Positions 16,711 through 24,670 of a stretch of DNA of 50,144 bases are shown here, piece after piece. This DNA comes from Patescibacteria group bacterium (GTDB taxonomy: Bacteria > Patescibacteriota > Minisyncoccia > Phycocordibacterales > VMEP01). The position numbers and the translations under genes were made by a program. Numbering within the stretch: the first letter of the stretch is position 1; each line of letters opens with the position of its first letter. The stretch covers positions 1 to 50,144 of the forward strand of contig JBBTQM010000016.1 of NCBI GenBank assembly GCA_038065675.1, written 5' to 3'. The notes under the pieces are model-generated. The model did no database searches, was not told where the DNA came from, and saw nothing but the letters and a program-made list of their open reading frames with translations.

Positions 16711-17301
16711 ATGGCTAATTATATTAAAATATTTTTAGGATTTTTTAATGACAACCTTGGTGTTGTTACTCTTATAGCTGGAGCTTTTGCTCTTTTTCTT
16801 TATAAAAGACAACAAAGAGATTATAAAAAGGATGCTGCGAGTTTAATTTTGCAAGAAATTAGATATGCAGAACAACAAATTAGAACTGCTAGACAAAATG
16901 GTGACAGTTATTCGTTGGCTTCAAAATTATTACCTACAAATAGTTGGAATGATAAAATTCATCTTTTTGTAAAAGACTTGGAAGAGAATCAAATTGATAT
17001 GATTAATACTTTTTATGCAAAAGCAAAATACATTGATATTCTTATTTTGAAACGCTCGGATCAATTAACAGGACCCCATACACAGCAAAACCAGTTCTCT
17101 CCTGCATCAATTCCCGTGCCCCAAAACCCAGGACAATTGAATCAGTTTGTACAAGTTACCTTGCCTATTCCCCCTTCCCCAGAAAGCGTCACAATTGGGC
17201 TTTTAAAACAAGTTTCGTCTAGTGTTGAGTTTATTTACAATACCCCAGTTGTAGAAAAATTAAGAAAGATATCAAATAAAAAATGGTGGCACCTTTTTTA
17301 G
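16711..17301 (+). CDS. Membrane-anchored hypothetical protein (196 aa), partner of the protease
   Basis: Start taken at the ATG at 16711 (MANYIKIFLGFFNDNLGVVTLIAGAFALFLY), 4 nt after the protease stop, with GGGGTGGAAG upstream. One N-terminal TM helix, a helical domain and a Q/P-rich segment. Confidence 0.65.
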   Translation: MANYIKIFLGFFNDNLGVVTLIAGAFALFLYKRQQRDYKKDAASLILQEIRYAEQQIRTARQNGDSYSLASKLLPTNSWNDKIHLFVKDLEENQIDMINTFYAKAKYIDILILKRSDQLTGPHTQQNQFSPASIPVPQNPGQLNQFVQVTLPIPPSPESVTIGLLKQVSSSVEFIYNTPVVEKLRKISNKKWWHLF

Positions 17302-17339
17302 GTTAGATTAAAAATCTGATTATTCCAACGAATTTTAGT

Positions 17340-17368
17340 TTGACACCCCCGCTCCCCTCATATATACT
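17340..17368 (+). promoter_or_regulatory. Outward sigma70-like promoter re-driving rpsN and downstream genes
   Basis: TTGACA (17340-17345), 17-nt spacer, TATACT (17363-17368). Confidence 0.6.
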
Positions 17369-17574
17369 CCCCTTAGCTCTTAAGGAGCTATTTTCATTTC
17401 CCCGCTTAATCCGCCCGCCTCCTTTTCCGCTTAAATTAAGCCGAAAAGAATTCGGGCGAGATATTGGCGGAATGAGTTTATAGTTATTAGTTTTGAGTTC
17501 TTAGTTTGGGGGCAGGGGGTACCCGTTCCAGGATTTTAACTAAAAACTAACTGCTAAAAACTAGAAACTATCCA

Positions 17575-17760
17575 ATGGCAAAAACTTCAACAAAAGTAAG
17601 GTCATCCAGGCCGCCTAAATTCAAAAGCCGTGTGGTACGGCGTTGTTTTAAGTGCGGCCGCAAGCGCGGATACATGCGCGACTTTGACCTATGCCGCATT
17701 TGTTTCCGCGAGCTTGCCAACGAAGGAATGATTCCGGGCATTAAGAAGTCATCATGGTAA
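17575..17760 (+). CDS. rpsN: 30S ribosomal protein S14, zinc-binding type Z
   Basis: 61 aa. [23 protein letters not shown] has two CxxC pairs. Confidence 0.95.
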   Translation: MAKTSTKVRSSRPPKFKSRVVRRCFKCGRKRGYMRDFDLCRICFRELANEGMIPGIKKSSW

Positions 17761-17855
17761 TAACCAACGACCAACGGCTGACGACCAACAACAAAATGCA
17801 AGCAAAACAAGAAATAGTTGGAATTGTCGTAAGTTGTAGGTTGTAAGTTAAATTT

Positions 17856-18242
17856 ATGGACCCCATCTCCGACATGCTAATAAGATTGAAGAACGCAAGC
17901 GCCGTGCGCCGCGCTTCCGTTTCCTTGCCGTACTCAAAGCTGAAGAACGCCATCGGCGAGGTTCTTCTTAAGGAGGGATACATAGCTTCTGTCGTGAAGC
18001 GCCCGCGCGAGAAAGGGGCGGTGCTTGAGATTGAGCTTGTTTACAAAGACAAAAAGCCGAAAATCAAAGGAGTGGAGCGTATTTCCAAGCCGTCGCGCCG
18101 CGTTTATTTAGGCGTCAGCGAAATAAAAATGGTAAAAGGCGGCTACGGAACACTTGTTCTCTCCACCCCGAAAGGAATTTTGACTGGCAAAGAAGCGCGC
18201 AAGGAGCTCGTCGGCGGCGAAGCCTTATTCAACATCTGGTAA
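17856..18242 (+). CDS. rpsH: 30S ribosomal protein S8
   Basis: 128 aa. MDPISDMLIRLKNA start. Confidence 0.96.
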   Translation: MDPISDMLIRLKNASAVRRASVSLPYSKLKNAIGEVLLKEGYIASVVKRPREKGAVLEIELVYKDKKPKIKGVERISKPSRRVYLGVSEIKMVKGGYGTLVLSTPKGILTGKEARKELVGGEALFNIW

Positions 18243-18246
18243 AACC

Positions 18247-18780
18247 ATGTCACGCCTCGGCAAAAAAGGAATAGCGATACCGGAAAAGACAACCGTCACA
18301 AACGAAGGCGGCCTCGTTACCGTTAAAGGGCCTTTGGGTGAACTAAAGCGCCAGTTTGGCGATAATATTTCCATTACTGTGGGAGAAAAAGAAATAACTC
18401 TCGCCACCAAGCGCAACGACCTTTACTCACGCGCTCTTTGGGGAACTTATGCCGCCCATTTGAAAAACATGATTCGCGGCACGCACGCGCTTTACGAGAA
18501 AAAACTTCTTCTTGAAGGAGTCGGTTTCAAATCGGAAGTGTCCGGAAAATATTTGGTTCTCGCTTTGGGTTTTTCCCATCCGGTTCGTGTTCCGATTCCG
18601 GATGGGCTTTCGGTCAAGGCGGAAAAAAATACCATTACGACCACGGGAATTGATAAGGAGCTGGTGACTCAGTTTGCAAGCTCCGTCCGCGCGCTCAAAA
18701 AGCCGGAGCCGTACAAGGGCAAAGGATTCCGCTACGAGGGCGAGGTAATCCGCCGCAAGCAGGGCAAGAAATCGGCGTAA
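18247..18780 (+). CDS. rplF: 50S ribosomal protein L6
   Basis: 177 aa. MSRLGKKGIAIPEKTTV start and two L6 repeats. Confidence 0.96.
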   Translation: MSRLGKKGIAIPEKTTVTNEGGLVTVKGPLGELKRQFGDNISITVGEKEITLATKRNDLYSRALWGTYAAHLKNMIRGTHALYEKKLLLEGVGFKSEVSGKYLVLALGFSHPVRVPIPDGLSVKAEKNTITTTGIDKELVTQFASSVRALKKPEPYKGKGFRYEGEVIRRKQGKKSA

Positions 18781-18806
18781 CACGATGCCAATATACGAAT
18801 AAAAAG

Positions 18807-19163
18807 ATGAAAAACAACAAGACAAGCAAAAAGGAAAATCTGCGCACGCGGCGACGCGCGCGTACTCGCGCGCGCATCCACGGTACCGCCCTGCTTCCGC
18901 GCCTTGCCGTTTTCCGCTCCAACCGTTTCATCTACGGCCAGCTTATTGACGACGACAAACGCGTAACCCTTGCCGCCGCTTCGGATATGGGACGGAAGGA
19001 AAAAACGAAAATTACCCGCTCGCGCGGCGCCGGCAAGGCGCTTGCCGAAGCGGCAAAGGAGAAAAAAATTTACAAAGTAGTTTTTGACCGCGGCGGATTC
19101 AGGTACGCCGGAAGAATCAGCTCTTTTGCCGAAGGGGCTCGCGAGGGAGGACTTGTGTTTTAG
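18807..19163 (+). CDS. rplR: 50S ribosomal protein L18
   Basis: 118 aa. RLAVFRSNRFIYGQLIDD and FDRGGFRYAGRI motifs. Confidence 0.95.
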   Translation: MKNNKTSKKENLRTRRRARTRARIHGTALLPRLAVFRSNRFIYGQLIDDDKRVTLAAASDMGRKEKTKITRSRGAGKALAEAAKEKKIYKVVFDRGGFRYAGRISSFAEGAREGGLVF

Positions 19164-19239
19164 TTTATGAGTTTAAAAGTTGATAAGTTGACGAATTCCT
19201 AATAAACTAACAAACCAACGAACTAACCAACTAACTACC

Positions 19240-19929
19240 ATGCCTGACAAAACACCAGAAATTAAAAAAGACCTGCCTGCTGCGGCGCAGGTAGGAGAAT
19301 TAATCGCCGAAGCGGAAACAGTGGCGGCGGTTTTGGAAACGCCCGTTGAGGCGAAGCCGAATGGCGGCAGCGCAGCCGACAAAGGCGGCGCGCGCGGCGG
19401 CTTTAGCGACCGCGGAAGGCGCGGCGGCGGTGGAGGCAAGCGTTCCCCGCGCGGAGGCAGGCGCCCGCAATACGAGCGTGTAAAGCCGGAATTTGACCAG
19501 AAAATAATAGACGTACGCCGCGTGGCGCGCGTTGTTGCCGGCGGACGCCGATTTAATTTCAGCGTCGCTATCGTAATCGGCGACCGCAAGGGTTCCGTTG
19601 GGGTCGGCACGGGCAAAGCGGGCGACACTTCTCTCGCCATAGAAAAAGCCATGAAAGCGGCGAAGAAAAATCTCATCAGGATAAATTTCACGAAGACATC
19701 GTCCATTCCGCACGAAGTATCGGCGAAATATTCTTCGGCACGAGTATTTATGTTCCCGAACCGCTCGAAAGGGCTTGTTGCCGGCAGTTCCGTTCGCAAC
19801 GTTTTGGACCTTGCCGGAGTGCGCAACGTTACGGCAAAAGTTTTCTCCGGTAGCAAGAATAAATTGAATAACGCCCGCGCCGCAATTGCCGCGCTCATGG
19901 AAATATCGGAGCGCCGCGGTGTAAGGTAA
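19240..19929 (+). CDS. rpsE: 30S ribosomal protein S5 with ~70-aa Ala/Gly/Arg-rich N-terminal extension
   Basis: Core VRRVARVVAGGRRFNFSVAIVIGD...GTGKAGD. The N-terminal extension contains GGARGGFSDRGRRGGGGGKRSPRGGRRP. Confidence 0.95.
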   Translation: MPDKTPEIKKDLPAAAQVGELIAEAETVAAVLETPVEAKPNGGSAADKGGARGGFSDRGRRGGGGGKRSPRGGRRPQYERVKPEFDQKIIDVRRVARVVAGGRRFNFSVAIVIGDRKGSVGVGTGKAGDTSLAIEKAMKAAKKNLIRINFTKTSSIPHEVSAKYSSARVFMFPNRSKGLVAGSSVRNVLDLAGVRNVTAKVFSGSKNKLNNARAAIAALMEISERRGVR

Positions 19930-19944
19930 TCCAAAAAATCAGCC

Positions 19945-20385
19945 ATGCAAATAAAACGCACACACGAAAATAGAGACGCGAAATATATCGGCCGAGGAGG
20001 GAGGCGCGGCAAAACTTCCGGACGCGGAACGAAAGGGCAGAAAGCGCGCGCCGGAAATAAAATCCGCCCGGCTCTTAGGGATGCCATCAAAAAGCTTCCG
20101 CGCTTGCGCGGTGTTACAATCAATAAACGCGGGTCGCTCTTTACCTCGGTGCGTTTGGCGCCCGTTGCGATTTCTCTTTCGTTAATTGATAAGAAGTTTG
20201 AAGCAGGCGGGATTGTAACCCCGGCGGCGCTTCTTGAAAAGAAATTAATTCCGAGAATTCACGGCCGCACGCCGCGCGTGAAAATCCTGGGCGGCAAAAT
20301 CTCGAAGAAAATTTCTTTCTCCGGATGCGCCGTTACGAAAGGCGCGCGCGCGGCGATTGAAGCTTCTGGCGGGACAATCTCGTAA
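19945..20385 (+). CDS. rplO: 50S ribosomal protein L15
   Basis: 146 aa. GRGGRRGKTSGRGTKGQKARAG motif. It follows rpsE directly, with no rpmD. Confidence 0.95.
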   Translation: MQIKRTHENRDAKYIGRGGRRGKTSGRGTKGQKARAGNKIRPALRDAIKKLPRLRGVTINKRGSLFTSVRLAPVAISLSLIDKKFEAGGIVTPAALLEKKLIPRIHGRTPRVKILGGKISKKISFSGCAVTKGARAAIEASGGTIS

Positions 20386-20387
20386 AC

Positions 20388-21659
20388 ATGGGAAATTTTT
20401 TCAACAAACTTACGTTTGTCTTCTCCGACAAAAATTTGCGCGGGAAGATTATTTTCGCCGTTGCCGCGCTCGTTGTCTTCCGCCTTCTCGCCACGATTCC
20501 GATTCCGGGGATTGACACATTTCGGCTTGAGCAATTTTTTTCCAACAATCAATTTTTGGGGCTTTTGAATATTTTCTCCGGAGGCGGGCTTTCCAATCTT
20601 TCAATAGTCATGTTGGGTGTCGGCCCGTACATTACCTCTTCCATTATCATGCAGCTTCTCACCATCATGATTCCGTCACTTAAGGCGCTTTATCATGAAG
20701 AAGGAGAATTAGGCAGACGAAAATTCACGCAATATTCGCGGTTGCTCACTGTCCCTCTGGCCATACTTCAGGGATTAGGACTTCTTATTCTTCTTGAGAG
20801 GCAGGGTATAATCGAACATCTTTCAATGTTTAGCCGAATTTTGAATCTTGTCGTCATTACCGGCGGTTCCATTCTTCTTATGTGGATAGGAGAGCTTGTT
20901 TCGGAATTTGGAATCGGGAACGGCGTTTCCCTCCTTATTTTCGCCGGCATCGTGGCGGTCATTCCGTCGCAGGTTGGACAGCTTTTGTTCACCTTTGACG
21001 TTTCGCAAATTCCCCTGTATCTGGCGTTCATCGCCGTCGCGCTTTTTATTATCGCCGGCGTGGTGTTCATAACCGAGGCCGAACGGCCGCTTCCCGTTAC
21101 TTACGCCAAGAGGGTGCGCGGCATGAAAGTTTACGGCGGCCTCGCCACATATCTTCCTTTGCGCTTGAATCAAGCCGGAGTTATCCCGATTATTTTCGCC
21201 CTCTCAATTCTTCTTTTCCCGCAGATGATAGGGACGTTCCTTGGCTCTTCGGGAAATTCCATTTTGCAGAGTATCGGTATGATACTCAATTCAATAATGC
21301 AGAATACCTGGGTTTACTCAATCCTTTATTTCGTTATGGTGTTTCTTTTCACTTACTTTTATACGGCAGTCACCTTTGACCCGCATTCAATCGCGGAGAA
21401 CTTGCAGAAAAACGGCGCCTTTATTCCAGGCGTTCGTCCGGGGAATTCCACTTCCGAATATATAGGAAGAGTTCTCAATCGCATTACGCTTTTCGGCGCG
21501 CTTTTTCTGGGCATCATTGCTGTCTTGCCGCTTATAATGCAGGGAGCAACAGGCATCACGGCGTTTGCCATCGGCGGCACGGCGCTTCTCATCGTTGTTT
21601 CCGTCGTTCTTGACCTCATAAAGAAAATCGACGCGCAGATTTCGATGAGGGAGTATTAA
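20388..21659 (+). CDS. secY: Preprotein translocase subunit SecY
   Basis: 423 aa, 10 TM segments, conserved position after rplO. Confidence 0.96.
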   Translation: MGNFFNKLTFVFSDKNLRGKIIFAVAALVVFRLLATIPIPGIDTFRLEQFFSNNQFLGLLNIFSGGGLSNLSIVMLGVGPYITSSIIMQLLTIMIPSLKALYHEEGELGRRKFTQYSRLLTVPLAILQGLGLLILLERQGIIEHLSMFSRILNLVVITGGSILLMWIGELVSEFGIGNGVSLLIFAGIVAVIPSQVGQLLFTFDVSQIPLYLAFIAVALFIIAGVVFITEAERPLPVTYAKRVRGMKVYGGLATYLPLRLNQAGVIPIIFALSILLFPQMIGTFLGSSGNSILQSIGMILNSIMQNTWVYSILYFVMVFLFTYFYTAVTFDPHSIAENLQKNGAFIPGVRPGNSTSEYIGRVLNRITLFGALFLGIIAVLPLIMQGATGITAFAIGGTALLIVVSVVLDLIKKIDAQISMREY

Positions 21660-21660
21660 A

Positions 21661-21747
21661 AACCCACAACTCACAACAAACAACTAACAACAAGGAAGAC
21701 AATCAAATCCCTTTACATTGTAGGTTGTAGGTTGTAAGTTGTAGGTT
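21661..21747 (+). other. Imperfect long hairpin spacer with an A/C-only arm and a G/T-rich arm
   Basis: AACCCACAACTCACAACAAACAACTAACAAC (21661-21691) pairs with TTGTAGGTTGTAGGTTGTAAGTTGTAGGTT (21717-21746). By hand, about 24 of 31 positions pair. Confidence 0.55.
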
Positions 21748-21748
21748 A

Positions 21749-22348
21749 ATGACCCCTCAAACTTTCATCTTCATCGGGCGTTCCGGGTCCGGCAAAGGCA
21801 CGCAGGTTAAACTTTTGGAAAAATACATTACGGAAAACGACCCTGTTAAAAGGTCGATTTTTTATCTGGAAACCGGGGAGCGATTCAGGAATTTTATTGC
21901 CGGGGATTCATACGCGAGCTTTCTTTCAAAAGAGATAAGCAAACGCGGCGAGCTTCAGCCGGAATTTCTGGCCGTTTATATGTGGGCGGAAGAATTAATC
22001 AATAAATTAAAACACGACGAACATTTGATAATAGACGGTTCCCCGCGGCGTTTGCGCGAAGCGATGGTGCTTGATACCGCTTTATCGTTTTTTAAGCGTC
22101 AGAATCCGATAGTTATAGATTTGAATGTTTCTCCGGAATGGTCGCGCGAAAGGTTGATTGCCCGCGGGCGCGCCGATGATGTTCAGAAAGAAGACATAGA
22201 AAAACGCTTGAAATGGTTTAATTTGGAAGTCAGGCCGGCGATTGATTGGTTTGGCAATCAACCCGGCTACAAAATTTTTCATATTAACGGCGAACAGACA
22301 ATCGAACAAGTCCACGAAGACATAATCTCAGCAATTTTCAATTCTTAA
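21749..22348 (+). CDS. adk: Adenylate kinase
   Basis: 199 aa. P-loop GRSGSGKGTQ. Position between secY and map. Confidence 0.9.
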   Translation: MTPQTFIFIGRSGSGKGTQVKLLEKYITENDPVKRSIFYLETGERFRNFIAGDSYASFLSKEISKRGELQPEFLAVYMWAEELINKLKHDEHLIIDGSPRRLREAMVLDTALSFFKRQNPIVIDLNVSPEWSRERLIARGRADDVQKEDIEKRLKWFNLEVRPAIDWFGNQPGYKIFHINGEQTIEQVHEDIISAIFNS

Positions 22349-22372
22349 TTTTCAATTTTTATTGAATTTTCA

Positions 22373-22741
22373 ATGTTACCAAAAAGCAGTTACAATCTGG
22401 AGGATAGAACAGCTAAATTAGGGGAAAATGTTATTAAATTTTGCAAAACCATAAAAGAAGATACTATAACCAAGCCGATTATAAGCCAACTAATACGTTC
22501 ATCCACAAGTATTGGCGCGAATTATATGGAGGCAAACGGGGCGAGTTCAAAAAAAGATTTCAGGAATAAAATATTTATATGTAAAAAAGAAGCGCAAGAA
22601 ACTAAACATTGGCTGAGGATGATAACAATATGTATTCCCGAACAGAAGGAGAAAATAGAAACTTTTTGGAAAGAATCTCAGGAACTAACGATGATTTTCC
22701 AAAAAATAACAAGCTCCCTGAAAAATACCGTTGAAAATTAA
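22373..22741 (+). CDS. Four-helix-bundle protein (23S rRNA intervening-sequence protein / Avd-like family)
   Basis: 122 aa. The signature ISQLIRSSTSIGANYMEANGASSKKDFRNKIFICKKEAQETKHWLRM matches my recollection of the TIGR02436-type family. Confidence 0.8.
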   Translation: MLPKSSYNLEDRTAKLGENVIKFCKTIKEDTITKPIISQLIRSSTSIGANYMEANGASSKKDFRNKIFICKKEAQETKHWLRMITICIPEQKEKIETFWKESQELTMIFQKITSSLKNTVEN

Positions 22742-22783
22742 TCATTGGTTATTTATTAAAAATTGAAAATTTAAAATTAAATC

Positions 22784-23545
22784 GTGGTAACGATTAAAAC
22801 AAAACACGAACTTGAGATATTGCGTGAAGGGGGAAAACGGCTGGCTAAAGTTTTGAAAGCCGCCGCGGGCGCGGTCCGCCCCGGGGTAACCACCCTTTCG
22901 CTTGACCGTCTTGCCGAAAATCTCATTCGCGAAATGGGAGACGAGCCGGCTTTTTTGCGCTATCAACCGTGGGGGGCGCAATATCCTTACCCCGCCAGCC
23001 TTTGCGTGTCTGTTAATAATGAAGTGGTACACGGAATTCCCGGGACGAAAATTTTAACTGAAGGAGATATTGTTTCCCTTGATTTGGGAATTCGCCATGG
23101 CGGCCTTATTACCGATGCGGCGATAACCGTTCCCGTCGGCAAGATAGATGCACGCGCCGAAAAACTCATTGCCGCGACAAAGAAGTCTCTTGAAGAAGGA
23201 ATAAAAGCGGCACGGCCGGGCGGATTCGTCGGCGATATCGGCAAAGCCATAGAGCGTCAGGCAATATCCTCAAAATTTAATGTTGTGAAAATACTTGGTG
23301 GGCACGGCGTCGGATACGAAGTTCACGAAGAGCCGTACATTCCTAATTACTCCATGAAAGGTAACGGACCAAAACTAAAGTCCGGTATGGTTATAGCAAT
23401 TGAGCCTATGTTAAATGAAGGAACAGACGACGTTTATCTGGATAAAGACGGATACACCTGGAAAACCTCCGACAATAAAAGAAGCGCACATTTTGAACAT
23501 ACTCTTATAATCACCGATAGCGGGGCGGATATCATAACCGAATAA
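22784..23545 (+). CDS. map: Type I methionine aminopeptidase (GTG start)
   Basis: 253 aa. Pita-bread fold motifs (VVHGIP, DIVSLDLG, ITDAAITV, GHGVGYEVHEEP, IEPM, FEHT). Confidence 0.95.
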   Translation: MVTIKTKHELEILREGGKRLAKVLKAAAGAVRPGVTTLSLDRLAENLIREMGDEPAFLRYQPWGAQYPYPASLCVSVNNEVVHGIPGTKILTEGDIVSLDLGIRHGGLITDAAITVPVGKIDARAEKLIAATKKSLEEGIKAARPGGFVGDIGKAIERQAISSKFNVVKILGGHGVGYEVHEEPYIPNYSMKGNGPKLKSGMVIAIEPMLNEGTDDVYLDKDGYTWKTSDNKRSAHFEHTLIITDSGADIITE

Positions 23546-23663
23546 TTTCCGGGGGATAGAATAGGTTATCTACAGCTTTTATCCGGTTTGGGTTTTTACG
23601 TGTTACAATTTTCAAGAGAGAGTATGAAGGCTCTCTTGGTTTAGTGTATAGGAATAATTTTTT

Positions 23664-24044
23664 GTGCCGCCGGAATCAGCAAACAGCGAAATAGTAAATT
23701 CGGGGAGCAATAAACTGCCGTTGTGGTGGGCGGTCGTTTTGGTTGCGCTCGTCGCGGCGGCGATATACGCGGTCTACACGTTTTATTTTAAGGATATAAT
23801 TGCCGGCTTGAACTCCGGGGCTAAGTCCGAAGAAGATAAAATAACCGTTTTAGACACTCTTTTAAATAAAGACGCGGCAACCGCGTCGGAAAAAGAGAAA
23901 ACCAATTTGGTAAATAATTTAATTTCGACGTCAACCTCGTCATCAGGCCCGCCAAAACAATCCACGGTTCCGCAGACGCAAGAAACATACGATGCCGCCA
24001 CCGCCGAGAAGATAAAATTACTGGAGTCTTTAAAAAGTAAATAA
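23664..24044 (+). CDS. Hypothetical single-pass membrane protein (126 aa, GTG start)
   Basis: TM helix LPLWWAVVLVALVAAAIYAVYTFYF followed by a low-complexity polar tail. The start codon is uncertain. Confidence 0.5.
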   Translation: MPPESANSEIVNSGSNKLPLWWAVVLVALVAAAIYAVYTFYFKDIIAGLNSGAKSEEDKITVLDTLLNKDAATASEKEKTNLVNNLISTSTSSSGPPKQSTVPQTQETYDAATAEKIKLLESLKSK

Positions 24045-24055
24045 TTAATAAAATC

Positions 24056-24667
24056 ATGAATGGAGAAAACAACAAACCGCAGTTTCTTACATTAATTCTT
24101 TCAGTTATTGCCGCCGCAGTACTAGCAGGAGGAGTCGGATATGTTGCCGGGCTTAATTCTTCTCGTGGCCCGCTTGGGGCGGGAGGTGCGCCGGGCGCGA
24201 TGACCCCTCCTCCCGGCGGCGTTCACGACATAGCGGGGATGGTAGAAAGCGTATCCGGTACGGAAATTACCATGAAATCCAACCAGCTTCCTTTCGCACC
24301 AAAAGCCCCGTCTCAGAGGACCGTTGTTGTGGATAAAGACACGGTAATTGAGCGCCTCACTCAAAAAAGCGCCGATGTCATGAAGAAAGAAATGAACGAA
24401 TTTTTGGAAAAATCAAAAAAGGGCTCTTCGGGGGCAACGACTACGCCAATCATGCCGCCTATTCCGTTTGATAAAAAAACAGTTGAACTCAAGGACATAA
24501 AAACAGGAGATCTTTTGATGGTGTCGGCGAAAGAAGATATCACTTCGGCAAGTAAATTTACCGCGACACGCATTTTAATCCAGATTGTCATGGCGCCGCC
24601 ATCCCAGTCTCTTCCCGTTATGGCATCATCCACATTGCCGATTCCTCCTCCTGCGGTTAAAAAATAA
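24056..24667 (+). CDS. Hypothetical N-terminally anchored protein (203 aa)
   Basis: TM helix FLTLILSVIAAAVLAGGVGYVAG, then a Gly/Pro linker and a small beta-rich domain. Tightly packed with its neighbours. Confidence 0.6.
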   Translation: MNGENNKPQFLTLILSVIAAAVLAGGVGYVAGLNSSRGPLGAGGAPGAMTPPPGGVHDIAGMVESVSGTEITMKSNQLPFAPKAPSQRTVVVDKDTVIERLTQKSADVMKKEMNEFLEKSKKGSSGATTTPIMPPIPFDKKTVELKDIKTGDLLMVSAKEDITSASKFTATRILIQIVMAPPSQSLPVMASSTLPIPPPAVKK

Positions 24668-24670
24668 AAC

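Noticed and set aside
19173-20123. 316-aa minus-strand ORF, the longest antisense ORF in the track.
   Set aside because: It lies entirely antisense to rpsE and rplO. It has an Arg/Pro/Ala-rich low-complexity composition typical of the reverse frame of GC-rich coding DNA, and no RBS. The same reasoning applies to the many other antisense or off-frame ORFs inside fusA, tuf, r-protein genes, secY, ftsH and recG.
22373-22741. A diversity-generating retroelement, suggested by the Avd-like four-helix-bundle gene together with the DUF1566 lipoprotein (5054-6629).
   Set aside because: There is no reverse transcriptase in the window. The two DUF1566 repeats differ at all four bases rather than only at adenine positions, so they are not a TR/VR pair. 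No other near-identical copy of either C-terminal region was seen. The two genes are also 16 kb apart.
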